Origin: Mobula hypostoma | Lineage: Eukaryota | Reading direction: 5' to 3' | Assembly: GCF_963921235.1 (NCBI RefSeq) | Contig: NC_086101.1 | Location: 9,054,001-9,118,000, forward strand | DNA: 64,000 bases | Shown here: one piece after another, positions 37,162-49,794 of the stretch | How positions within the stretch are numbered: position 1 is the first letter of the stretch | Layout: each line of letters begins with the position of its first letter | The notes under the pieces: generated by a model | Told to the model about the DNA's origin: nothing | The model's input: only the letters and a program-made list of their open reading frames with translations | The model's database searches: none | Program-made: the position numbers and the translations under genes

Positions 37162-40161
37162 TCAGAACCCAGCCTTCCCTCCATACCCCCTCACCCCTGT
37201 AGCCACAAGGGCCATATCTAACTCCCTCTTAAACATAGCCAATGAACTGGCCTCAACAGTTTGCTGTGGCAGAGAATTCCACAGATTCACCACTCTCTGT
37301 GTGAAGAAGTTTTTCCTAATCTCGGTCCTAAAAGGCTTCCCCTCTATCCTCAAACTGTGACCCCTCGTTCTGGACCTCCCCAACATCGGGAACAATCTTC
37401 CCGCATCTAGCCTGTCCAATCCCTTTAGGATCTTATACGTTTCAATCAGATCCCCCCTCAATCTTCTAAATTCCAACGAGTACAAGCCCAGTTCATCCAG
37501 TCTTTCTTCATATGAAAGACCTGCCATCCCAGGAATCAATCTGGTGAACCTTCTTTGTACTCCCTCTATGGCAAAGATGTCTTTCCTCAGATTAGGGGAC
37601 CAAAACTGCACACAATACTCCAGGTGTGGTCTCACCAAGGCCTTGTACAACTGCAGTAGTACCTCCCTGCTCCTGTACTAGAATCCTCTCGCTATAAATG
37701 CCAGCATACCGTTCGCCTTTTTCACCGCCTGCTGTACCTGCATGCCCACTTTCAATGACTGGTGTATAATGACACCCAGGTCTCGTTGCACCTCCCCTTT
37801 TCCTAATCGGCCACCATTCAGATAATAATCTGTTTTCCTATTTTTGCCACCAAAGTGGATAACTTCACATTTATCCACATTAAATTGCATCTGCCATGAG
37901 TTTGCCCACTCACCCAACCTATCCAAGTCACCCTGCATCCTCTTAGCATCCTCCTCACTGCTAACACTGCCACCCAGCTTCGTGTCATCCGCAAACTTGA
38001 AGATGCTGCATTTAATTCCCTCATCCAAGTCATTAATATATATTGTAAACAACTGGGGTCCCAGCACTGAGCCTTGCGGTACCCCACTAGTCACCGCCTG
38101 CCATTCTGAAAAGGTCCCGTTTATTTCCACTCTTTGCTTCCTGTCTGCTAACCAATTCTCCACCCACACCAATACCTTACCCCCAATACCGTGTGCTTTA
38201 AGTTTGCACACTAATCTCCTGTGTGGGACCTTGTCAAAAGCCTTTTGAAAATCCAAATATACCACATCCACTGGTTCTCCCCTATCCACTCTACTAGTTA
38301 CATCCTCAAAAAATTCTATGAGATTCGTCAGACATGATTTTCCTTTCACAAATCCATGCTGACTTTGTCCGATCATTTCACCGCTTTCCAAATGTGCTGT
38401 TATCACATCCTTGATAACTGACTCCAGCAGTTTCCCCACCACCAACGTTAGGCTAACCGGCCTATAATTGCCTGGTTTCTCTCTCCCTCCTGTTTTAAAA
38501 AGTGGGGTTACATTAGCCACCCTCCAATCCTCAGGAACTAGTCCAGAATCTAACGAGTTTTGAAAAATTATCACTAATGCATCCACTATTTCTTGGGCTA
38601 CTTCCTTAAGCACTCTGGGATGCAGACCATCTGGCCCTGGGGATTTATCTGCCTTCAATCCCTTCAATTTACCTAACACCACTTCCCTACTACCATGTAT
38701 TTCACTCAGTTCCTCCATCTCACTGGACCCTCTGTCCCTTACTATTTCTGGAAGATTATTTATGTCCTCCTTAGTGAAGACAGAACCAAAGTAATTATTC
38801 AATTGGTCTGCCATGTCCTTGCTCCCCATAATCAATTCACCTGTTTCTGTTTGCAGGGGACCTACATTTGTCTTTATCAGTCTTTTCCTTTTTACATATC
38901 TATAAAAGCTTTTACAGTCCGTTTTTATGTTCTCTGCCAGTTTTCTCTCATAATCTTTTTTCCCCTTCCTAATTAAGCCCTTTGTCCTCCTCTGCTGAAC
39001 TCTGAATTTCTCCCAGTCCTCAGGTGAGCCACTTTCTCTGGCTAATTTGTATGCTACTTCTTTGGAATTGATACTATCCCTAATTTCTCTTGTCAGCCAC
39101 GGGTGCACTACCTTCCTTGATTTATTCTTTTGCCAAACTGGGATGAACAATTGTTGTAGTTCATCCATGCAACCTTTAAATGCCTGCCATTGCATATCCA
39201 CCGTCAATCCTTTAAGTGTCATTTGCCAGTCTATCTTAGCTAATCCATGTCTCATACCTTCAAAGTTACCCCTCTTTAAGTTCAGAACCTTTGTTTCTGA
39301 ATTAACTACGTCACTCTCCATGTTAATGAAGAATTCCACCATATTATGGTCACTCTTACCCAAGGGGCCTCTCACGACAAGATCGCTAATTAACCCTTCC
39401 TCATTGCTCAAAACCCAGTCCAGAATAGCCTGCTCTCTTGTTGGTTCCTCGACATGTTGGTTCAAAAAACCATCCCGCATACATTCCAAGAAATCCTCTT
39501 CCTCAGCACCTTTACCAATTTGGTTCACCCAGTCTACATGTAGATTGAAGTCACCCATTATAACTGCTGTTCCTTTATTGCACACATTTCTAATTTCCTG
39601 TTTAATACCATCTCCGACCTCACTACTACTGTTAGGTGGCCTGTACACAACTCCCAACAGCGTCTTCTGCCCCTTAGTGTCACGCAGCTCTACCCATATC
39701 GATTCCACATCTTCCCGGTTTATGTCCTTCCTTTCTATTGCGTTAATCTCTTCTTTAACCAGCAACGCCACCCCACCTCCCCTTCCTTCATGTCTATCCC
39801 TCCTGAATATTGAATATCCCTGAACGTTGAGCTCCCATCCCTGGTCACCCTGGAGCCATGTCTCTGTGATCCCAACTATATCATAATCATTAATAACAAT
39901 CTGCACTTTCAATTCATCCACCTTATTACGAATGCTCCTTGCATTGACACATAAAGCCTTCAGGCGCTCTTTTACAACTCTCTTAGCCCTTTTTAATGCT
40001 TGCCCTGGATTTGTCGGCCTGCCACTTTTACTTTTCTCCTTTGTACTTTTTGCTTCTATGCTCACTTTACACCCCTCTGTCTCTCTGCACTGGTTCCCAT
40101 CCCTCTGTTGTGAACTAACCTCCTCACGCCTAGCCTCTTTAATTTGATTCCCACCCCCCAA
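37162..40161 (-). pseudogene. CR1 ORF2 (APE endonuclease and reverse transcriptase) with a single premature TAG at 37678-37680
   Basis: 827-aa ORF and 162-aa ORF are in the same frame, separated by TAG plus YRSREVLLQ; other copies read ..RGIEYRS here. Confidence 0.93.
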
Positions 40162-40166
40162 CCATT

Positions 40167-41088
40167 CTAGTTTAAAGTCACCTCAGTAGCCCCCGCTAAT
40201 CTCCCTGCCAGGATATTGGTCCCCCTAGGATTTAAGTGTAACCCGTCCTGTTTGTACAGGTCACGCCTGCACCAATAGAGGTCCCAATGATCCAAAAACT
40301 TGAATCCCTGCCCCCTGCTCCAATCCCTCAGCCACGCATTTATCCTCCACCTCATCGCATTCCTACTCTCACTGTCGCGTGGCACAGGCAGTAATCCCGA
40401 GATTACTACCTTTGCGGTTCTTTTTCTCAACTCCCTTCCTAGCTCCCTATATTCTTCTTTCAGGACCTCATCCCTTTTCCTACCTATGTCATTGGTACCT
40501 ATATGTACCACGACCTCTGGCTCCTCACCCTCCCACTTCAGGATATCTTGGACACGATCAGAAATATCCCGGACCCTGGCACCAGGGAGGCAAACTACCA
40601 TCCGGGTCTCTGGACTGCGTCCACAGAATCGCCTATCTGATCCCCTTACTATCGAGTCCCCTATCACAACTGCCCTCCTCTTCCTTGCCCTACCCTTCTG
40701 AGCTACAGGGCCAGACTCTGTGCCGGAGGCAGGGCCACTGTCACTTCCCCCGGGTAAGCTGTCCCCTCCAACAGTACTCAAACAGGAGTACCTGTTGTTA
40801 AGGGGCACAGCCACCGGGGTACTCCCCATCACCTGCCTTTTCCCCTTCCCCCTCCTAACCGTGACCCACTTGTCTGCCTCCCGTGGCCCCGGCGTGACCA
40901 CCTGCCTTCCACTCCTCTCTATCACCTCCTCGCTCTCCCTGACCAGACGAATGTAATCGAGCTGCAGCTCCAGTTCCGTAACGCGGTCCCTTAGGAGCTG
41001 CATCTCGATGCACTTGGCGCAGATGTAGACATCCGGGAGGCTTGGAGACTCCAGGGCCTCCCACATCCGACACCGAGAACAGCAAACT
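40167..41088 (-). CDS. CR1 ORF1 (Zn-finger/coiled coil and SGNH esterase), start codon truncated
   Basis: CSRCRMWE..ICAKC, VIGDSIVR, VHIGTNDI, DGLHLN. Confidence 0.88.
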
Positions 41089-44000
41089 GCATGTTGTGTT
41101 GCCTCCCAGGTGCCAGGGTACGGGATGTCTCGGATCGGGTCCTGAATATTCTAAAGGGGGAGGGTGAGCAGCCAGTTGTCTTGGTACATGTTGGTACCAA
41201 TGACATAGATAGGACAAAGGAGGAGGTCCTGAAGAGAGATTTCTGGGAGTTAGGAAGGAAGCTGAGAAGCAGGACCTCCAGGGTAGTAATCTCGGGATTG
41301 CTACCTGTGCCACGTGCTAGCGTGGGAAAGAATAGTCGGATCAGGCAGATGAATGCGTGGCTGACAGACTGGGGTACGGGGCAGGGCTTCAGATTCTTGG
41401 ATAATTGGGATCTCTTCTGGGGGAAGTATGACCCGTTCAAAAAGGACAGAATACACCTGAACCCGAAGGGGACCAATATCGTGGCGGGAAAGTTTAATAG
41501 AGCTGTTAGGGAGGGTTTAAACTAATTTGGCAGGGGGTTGGGAACCGGAATGACAGAGCGGAGGAAGGGGAAAACAGAAATAAATCTAAGATAGTGAGCA
41601 GTAAAGATGTCAGGATAGACAGGCAGGTGATGGGGCAAATTTGTAGCCATTGGGATGAGTTGCAGTGCAATAAAGTTGCAGTGAAATCAAAGCGAAAAGT
41701 ATCAAATACTGGTCTTAAGGTGCTGTACTTAAATGCACGCAGCATAAGGAATAAGGTGGATGATCTTGTCGTACAGCTACAGATTGGCAGGTATGATATT
41801 GTGGCCATCACTGAGACGTGGCTAAAGGATGCATGTCTCTGGGAGCTGAACGTCCAAGGATACACGGTGTATCGGAAGGATAGGAAGGTAGGCAGAGGGG
41901 GCGAGGCGTGGCTTTATTGGTAAGAAATGATATTAAATCATTCGAGAGAGGTGATATAGGATCGGAAGGTGCAGAATCTTTATGGGCTGAGCTAAGAAAT
42001 AGCAGGGGTAAAAGGACCCTGATGGCAGTTGCAGTGATGTGGACGACAAATTACAACAGGAAATAGAAAAGGCCTGTCAGAAGGGCAGTGTTATGCATTG
42101 TTGTGCAGTGTTGACAGGGATTGATATGCAGTGTTGTGAGGGATTTTAACATGCGAGTGGATTAGGAAAATCAGGTCGGCACTGGATCTCAAGAGAGAGA
42201 ATTTGTAGAATGTCTGCGAGATAGCTTTTTAGAACAGCTTGTTGTTGAGCCCACCAGGGGATCGGCTGTACTGAATTGGGTATTGTGTAATGAACCGGAG
42301 GTGATTAGAGAGATTGAGGTGAAGGAACCCTTAGGAGGCAGTGATCATAACATGATTGAGTTCACTGTGAAATTTGAAAAAGAGAAGCCGAAATCTGATG
42401 TGTCGGTATTTCAGTGGAGTAAAGGAAATTACAGTGGCATGAGAGACGAACTGGCCAAAGTTGACTGGAAACGGACACTGGCGGGAAAGATCGCAGAGCA
42501 GCAGTGGCTGGAGTTTATGCAAGAAATGAGGAAGGTGCAAGACAGATATATTCCAAAAAAGAAGAAATTTTCGAGTGGAAAAAGAATGCAACCGTGGTTG
42601 ACAAGAGAAGTCAAAGCCAAAGTTAAAGCAAAGGAGAGGGCATACAAGGAAGCAAAAATTAGTGGGAAGGCAGAGGATTGGGAAGTTTTTAAAACCTTAC
42701 AAAAGGAAACCAAGAAGGTCATTAAGAGGGAAAAGATTAACTATGAAAGGAAACTAGCAAATAATATCAAAGAGGATACTAAAAGCTTTTTCAAGTATAT
42801 AAAGAGTAAAAGACAGGTGAGAGTAGATATAGGACCGATAGAAAATGATGCTGGAGAAATTGTAATGGGAGATAAGGAGATGGCAGAGGAACTGAACGAG
42901 TATTTTGCATCAGTCTTCACTGAGGAAGACGTCAGCAGTATACTGGACACTCAGTGGTGTCAGGGAAGAGAAGTGTGCGCAGTCACAATTACGACAGAGA
43001 AAGTACTCAGGAAGCTGAATAGTCTAAAGGTAGATAAATCTCCCGCACCAGATGGAATGCACCCGTGTGTTCTGAAGGAAGTAGCTGTGGAGATTGTGGA
43101 GGCATTAGCGATGATCTTTCAAAAGTCGATAGATCCTGGCATCGTTCCGGAAGACTGGAAGATTGCAAATGTCACTCCACTATTTAAGAAAGGGGCAAGG
43201 AAGGAAAAAGGAAATTATAGACCTGTTAGCTTGACGTCGGTGGTTGGGAAGTTGTTGGAGTCGATTGTCAAGGATTAGGTTACAGAGTACCTGGAGGCAT
43301 ATGACAAGATAGGCAGAACTCAGCATGGATTCCTTAAAGGAAAATCCTGCCTGACAAACCTATTACAATTTTTTGAGGAAACTACCAGTAGGCTAGACAA
43401 GGGAGATGCAGTGGATGTTGTATATTTGGATTTTCAGAAGGCCTTTGACAAGGTGCCACACATGAGGCTGCTTAACAAGATAAGAGCCCATGGAATTACG
43501 GGAAATTTACATACGTGGATAGAGTGTTGTCTGATTGGCAGGAAACAGAGAGTGGGAATAAAGGGATCCTATTCTGGTTGGCTGCCGGTTACCAGTGGTG
43601 TTCCACAGGGGTCCGTGTTGGGGCTGCTTGTTTTTACATTGTACATCAGTGATTTGGATTATGGAATAGATGGCTTTGTGGCTAAGTTTGCTGATGATAC
43701 GAAGATAGGTGGAGGGACCGGTAGTGCTGAGGAAACGGAGAGTCTGCAGAGAGACTTGGATAGATTGGAAGAATGGGCAGAGAAGTGGCAAATGAAGTAT
43801 AATGTTGGAAAGTGTATGGTTATGCACTTTGGCAGAAAAAATAAATGGGCAGACTATTATTTAAATGGGGAAAGAATTCAAAGTTCTGAGATGCAACGGG
43901 ACTTGGGAGTCCTCGTACAGGATACCCTTAAAGTTAACCTCCAGGTTGAGTCAGTAGTGAAGAAGGCGAATGCAATGTTGGCATTCATTTCTAGAGGAAT

Positions 44001-44616
44001 AGAGTATAGGAGCAGGGATGTGATGTTGAGGCTCTATAAGGCGCTGGTGAGACCTCACTTTTAGTACTGTGGGCAGTTTTGGTCTCCTTATTTAAGAAAG
44101 GATGTGCTGACGTTGGAGAGGGTGCAGAGAAGATTCACTAGAATGATTCCGGGAATGAGAGGGTTAACATATGAGGAACGTTTGTCCGCTCTTGGACTGT
44201 ATTCCTTGGAGTTTAGAAGAATGAGGGGAGACCTCATAGAAATATTTCGAATGTTGAAAGGCATGGACAGAGTGGATGTGGCAAAGTTGTTTCCCATGAT
44301 GAGGGAGTCTTGTACGAGAAGGCATGACTTAAAGATTGAAGGGCGCCCATTCAGAACAGAAATTCGAGGAAACTTTTTTAGTCAGAGGCTGTTGAATCTA
44401 TGGAATTTGTTGCCACGGGCAGCAGTGGAGGCCAAGTCATTGGGTGTATTTAAGGCAGAGATTGAGAGGTATCTGAGTAGCCAGGGCATCAAAGGTTACG
44501 GTGAGAAGGCGGGGGAGTGGAACTGAATGGGAGAATTGATCAGCTCATGATAAAATGGCGGAGCAGACTTGATGGGCCGAATGGCCGACCTCTGCTCCTT
44601 TGTCTTATGGTCTTAT
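41089..44616 (+). mobile_element. CR1 element B, ORF1 C-terminal half, disrupted ORF2 and 3' tail
   Basis: CCLPGARVRDV, VHVGTND, YLNARSIRNK, YLDFQKAFDKVPH; TCTTATGGTCTTAT tail followed by TSD AGTATTC (44617-44623). Confidence 0.95.
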
Positions 44617-46280
44617 AGTATTCACCAGGGAAAAAGACCTTGACAATTGTGGGGATTACTTACAGTGGACTCAAATGCTTGAGCATATAGACATTGAGAA
44701 AGAGGATATGCTGGAGGTTTTGAAAAATATTAAGTCACCGGGACCGGATGAGCGATATCCCCAGGCTACTGTGGGAAGCGAGGGACGAGATTGCTGAGCA
44801 CCTCGCGATGATTTTTGTGTCATCAATTGGTCGGGAGAAGAACCGGAGGATTGGCGAGTTGCAAATGTTGTTCCCTTGTTCAAGAAAGGAAGTCTATAAC
44901 CGAAGAAATTATTGACCAGTGAGCCTGACTTCAGTGCTGATAAAGTTGTTGAAGATCCTTAAAGGGAGGGTTTATGAGCATTTGGAGAGACATAATCTGA
45001 TTACGGTTAGTCAGCATGGCCTTATCAAGGGCAGGTCGTGGCTTACGAGCCTGATTGAAACACTTGAGGAAGTAGCAAAGCACATTGATGGAGGTAGAGC
45101 AGTGGATGTAGTGTATATGAATTTCAGTAAGGCATTTGATAAGGTTCCCCATGGCAGGCTCCTTCAGAAAGTAAGGAGGCAAGGGATCCAAAGGGACCTT
45201 GCTTTGTGGATCCAGGACTGGCTTGCCCACTGAATACATAGGATAGTTGTAGATGGTTCATATTCTGTATGGAGGTAGGTGACCAGTGGTGTTCCACGGA
45301 AATCTGTTCCGGGACCCCTCCTCTTTGTGATTTTAATAAATGACCTGGATGAAGAAGTAAAAGGGTGGGTTAATAAGTTTGCTGATGACACAAAGGTTGG
45401 GGATATTGTGGATAGTCTGGAGGGTTGCCAGAGGTTGCAGCGGGACATCGATAGGATGCAGAACTGGGCTGAGAAGTGGCAGATTGTTTCAACCCAGATA
45501 AGAGTGAAGTGGCTCATTTTGGTACGTCAAATTTGAAGACAGAATATAATATTAATAGTAAGACTCTTGGCAGTGTGGATCTGAGAGATCTTGGGGTCCA
45601 TGTCCATAGGACACTCAGAGCTGCTGAGCAGGGTGACAGTGTTGTTAAGAAGGCGTATGGTGTGTTGGCATTCACCAACCGTGGGATTGAGTTCAGAGCC
45701 GTGAGGTAATGTTACAGCTATATGAGACCTTGATCAGACCTCCTTGCAATACTGTGTTCATTTGTGTACAGGAAGCATTTGGATACTACAGAGAGAGTGC
45801 AGAGGAGATTTACGAGGATGTTGTCTGGATTGGAGGGCTTACCCAATGTGAATAGAATGAGTGAACTTGGCCTTTTCTCCCTGGAGTGATGTGGGATTAT
45901 ATGTGACATGATAGAGGTGTATACGATAATGAGGGACATTGATCGTGTGGCAGTCAGAGGTTTTTATCCTAAGGCTGAAATGGCTAACACGGTGGGGTGG
46001 GGGGCATCGTTTTAAGGTGCTTGGAGATAAGTGACGAGGGGATGTCAGGGTTACGTTTTTCCACACAGAGAGTGGTGGGTGTGTGGAATGCACTGCCGGT
46101 GGTGATGGTGGAAGCCGATACAATAGGGTCTTTTAGGAGTCTCTCAGATAGGTACATAGAGTTTAGAAAAATAGAAGGTTATGCAGTAGGGAACTTCTCG
46201 GCAGTTTCTGGAGGTTACATGGTTGGCAAAATGTTGTGGGCCAAAGGGCCTGTAATGTGCTATAGATTTCTATGTTCTGT
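44617..46280 (+). mobile_element. CR1 element A (outer host), right part
   Basis: VFTREKD, YMNFSKAFDKVPHGRL, KFADDTK; TTTCTATGTTCT tail near 46270. Confidence 0.88.
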
Positions 46281-46780
46281 GCCAAATTTCCTTGGCCTAC
46301 TGAGGAGGAAGAGGCACTAGTGAAATTTCTCAGCCATTTTCCTTGTACCACAAATAGCTTCCACTGATCTAACCAGTTACTATTGTTCTCTCAAGCTTCC
46401 TGCTTTGTTCACTATCTCCAGAGACAGAAATCTGTTTTCTCTGACGCTCTGAATTACTGTCACTCACCACAAGGGGGCGATGAGAGATCGTCTGCCCATT
46501 GTTGTCACGTGGGATTCGGCTCGACAACTGTGCGACCAGGAGGAGCCACTGTTGAGAAGTCCCCTCCGAGTCTGACTGTGTCTGGGGGTGGGTGGAGTGG
46601 GGTGGTGGGGGGTTGTCACTGCAGGAAGTCAGCAACAGAGAAGCGCCTTCCGTAAGTCAAGACTCTCAGTAAGAATGTACTGAGATGCGTTTCCTAAAAA
46701 GTGAGATAAATGGATACCGACAACGGCAGATGTACAATACACAGGACAATTACAGTAGACAATTAGAAATGCTGACAACT
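46280..46780 (+). promoter_or_regulatory. Duplicated non-coding module, copy 2
   Basis: Colinear with 28870-29360; CTGAATTACT-9nt-CACAAGGGGGCG (46449-46479), GTCACGTG, CAGGAAGT, GTAAGT at 46652. Confidence 0.55.
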
Positions 46781-46809
46781 CTGAATTTCTCAGAGTTAAT
46801 ATTTTGCAT

Positions 46810-47550
46810 GTTCTGTTCCAGGCCCAGCACGTTAAAACAATTACGAAGAAAGCACAGCAGGCCCTCCACATTCTTAGGAATTTGCAGAGATCCAGCAGGA
46901 TATCTAAAACTTTAACAACGTTCTGTGACTGTGTAGTGGAGAGTATACTGACTGGCTGCATCATAGCCTGGGATGGAAACATCAATGCCCTTGAATGGAA
47001 AATCCAACAAAAAGTAATGGATACAGCCCACTCCATCGTGAGTGAAGCCCTCCACTGCATTGAGCACATCGGCATGAAACACGGTCGCAGGAAATCAGCT
47101 TTCATCATCAGGGACCCCCAACACCACGGGCATGCACTTTTCTCACTGCTGCCATGAGGACGAAGGTACATGAACCTCAGGGTGAGAACCACCAGGTTCA
47201 AGAGCAGTTACTACCCCTCAGCCATCAGGCTCTTGGACAAAAGGGGATAACCACAGTGCCCATCACTGAATCGTTCCTATTATCTAAGGACTCTCTTTGA
47301 AATAGTCTTCATCTCATGTTCTTGATATTTATTGATTATTTATTATTATTTATTTTGGTGTTTTGTATTTGCAGTTTGTTGTCGTTTGCACACTGGTTAA
47401 ACGGCCAGGTTCGTGCAGTCTTTTATTGATTCCGTTATGTTTGTTATTATTCTGTTGATTTATCGAGTATGCCCGCAAGAAAATGAACACCAGGGTTGTA
47501 TATGGTAAGGTATATGTACTTTGATAATAAGTTTGCTTTGAACTTTGAAC
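46810..47550 (+). mobile_element. Rex1/Babar-type LINE 3' part
   Basis: KKAQQALHILRNL..VESILTGCIIAW..DPQHHGHALFSLLP; (TTTGAAC)n tail. Confidence 0.8.
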
Positions 47551-48204
47551 TGCCAGTCACCTCCATCTGGTTCCCCTCCTCCTTCCCTTTCTGCTCTAGT
47601 CCTCTGTCCACTCCTGTCATACTCCTTCTTCAGCCCTTTAACTCCTCCAACTATCACCACCAGCTTCATAATTCACTCCCTCCCCTCTCCCGCACACACA
47701 CCCACCTTTCCTCTCACTTTGTCTCACCTATCATCTGCAGCTTGTACTCCCCGCCCCACCTTATTCTGGCTTCTTCCTCCTTTCCAGTCGATGGAGTCTC
47801 GCCCCGAAACATCGACTGGTTATTCTCTCCACTGGTGCTGCCTGACCTGCTATTGTCCAGTTGCCCTTACATCCACTGTGATGAAATGCTTTGAGACGTT
47901 GAACTCCCTCAACTCCTGCCCGAGCAGCGGCCACTGTCCAGTTTGCCCACTGTCGTAACAAATCCACAGCAGATGCCATTTCATTGACTCTTCACTCAGC
48001 CATGGAACATCCGGACAGTGAAGATGCAGACATCAGGATGCTGTTCACTCAACACGGTCATCCCCTCAAAACTAATCAATAAGCTCCAAGACCGAGGCGT
48101 CGATACGTCCTTGTACAACTGGATCCTCCATTCCCTCACTCTCAGACCTCAGTCAGTTGGGATTGGCAACAACATCTCCTCCGCCAGCACAGCGACTCAA
48201 GGCT

Positions 48205-49025
48205 TTGCTCACTCGCTTTAGGACTCTGAGGGTAAACACAGCTTTGTCACATGGTGGGAGCAGAATTATCTGCAGCTTAATGTGAAAAAGACTAAGGAGC
48301 TGGTGGTAGACCTGAGGCGAGCTAAGGTACCGGTGAACCCTGTTAACATCCAAGGGGGTCAGTGTGGACATGGTGGAGGATTACAAATACCTGGGGATGC
48401 AAATTGACAATAAACTGGACTGGTCAAAGAACACTGAGGCTGTCTACAAGAAGGGTCAGAGCCGTCTCTATTTCCTGAGGAGACTGAGGTCGTTTAACAT
48501 CTGCCGGACGATGCTGAGGATGTTCTACGAGTCTGTGGTGGCCAGTGCTATCATGGTTGCTGTTGTGTGCTGGGGCAGCAGGCTGAGGATAGCAGACACC
48601 AACAGAATCAACAATCTCATTCGTAAGGCCAGTGATGTTGTGGGGATGGAACTGGACTTTCTCGCGGTGGTGTCTGAAAAGAGGATGCTGTCCAAGTTGC
48701 ATGCCATCTTGGACAATGTCTCCCATCCACTACATAATGTACTGGGTGGACACAGGAGTACATTCAGCCAGAGACTCATTCCACCGAGATGCAACACAGA
48801 GCGTCATAGGAAGTCATTCCTGCCTGTGGCCATCAAACTTTACAACTCCTCCCTCGGAGGGTCAGACACCCTGAGCCAATAGGCTGGTCCTGGACTTATT
48901 TCACAATTTACTGGCATAATTTACATATTATTATTTAACTATTTATGGTTTTATTACTATTTATTATTTATAGTGCAACTGTAACGAAAACCAATTTCCC
49001 CCGGGATCAATAAAATATGACTATA
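48205..49025 (+). mobile_element. Younger Rex1/Babar-type LINE 3' part nested in an older one (~47850-49600)
   Basis: YKYLGMQIDNKLDWSKNT..QSRLYFLRRLRSF..SFLPVAIKLYN; AATAAA and short tail at ~49010-49025. Confidence 0.85.
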
Positions 49026-49626
49026 ACGTCATATTTAAGTTTTCTGACTATTGTTGGCGGATTCCAAGGTGGTGACGAGTCGGCATATATCAGGGGAATT
49101 GAAAATCAGGCTGTTTGGTGCCACAACAACAACCGCTCACTCAATGTCAGCAGAACCAGGCCGACTGTCGTCTGGAGGAGGGAATAACCGGAGGTCCATG
49201 AGGTAGACCTCATCAGGGAGGGGTGAATGCCTTTAAATTCCTTATGGTTCTGATTTCAGGGGATTTGTTCTGGGTCCAGCACATTAAGCGCCATTACCAA
49301 GAAGACACGGCATTGCCTCTACTGTGATAGTACAGAATTTGCGCAGATTCGACATGCCATCTAAAACTTTGATAAACTTCTACAGATACGCAGTGGGGAT
49401 TATCCTGACTGCTTGCATCACGGCCTGCTGTGGAAACACAAATGCCCGGAGTGAACACTGCCCAGACTGTCGCAGGAAAAGCCTTCCTCGCCACTGAGCG
49501 CATCTGACAGGGAACGCTGCCACAAGAAAGCAACATCCATAATTAAGGCCATGTTCTCTCCTCGCTGCTGCCATTGGGAGCTGAACGTCCCACAGCAACA
49601 GTATCAGGAAAAATTGCAGAGAGAAC

Positions 49627-49794
49627 GGTCGGAAGATTATCTCAGTTCCCAGTCCGGGACAGTTTCACGTTACAACGCAGAGACCACGTCCCATCTTCAT
49701 TGGGAATACATTAACGGGGGAAGTTTATCCTTTCTTCGAGACTTGGCATAAAAACCAGTGGCTGAGAATCTGCCCTGGCTCCGCTCCGGGTCTG
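49627..49794 (+). pseudogene. Decayed 3' third of a TRIM PRY/SPRY exon
   Basis: YLSSQSGTVSRYNAETTSHLH, a frameshift, then YPFFETWHKNQWLRICPGSAPGL; aligns to ~18200-18374, with flank homology continuing to ~50630 versus ~19190. Confidence 0.9.

Larger units (their letters stand above)
37066..41088 (-). mobile_element. CR1 element C, young and nearly intact, slightly 5'-truncated
   Basis: (CATAGAAA)n tail; open ORF1; ORF2 open except for one in-frame stop; flanked by GCAT direct repeats. Confidence 0.97.

Noticed and set aside
39047..39823. 258-aa plus-strand ORF and similar antisense ORFs over LINEs, Gypsy and the SPRY exon
   Set aside because: Shadow frames opposite real coding sequence with no recognisable domain.
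1641..44616. Segmental duplication between 1641-4985 and ~41230-44616
   Set aside because: Similarity stops at the LINE boundaries and the hosts differ, so these are independent insertions of one CR1 subfamily.
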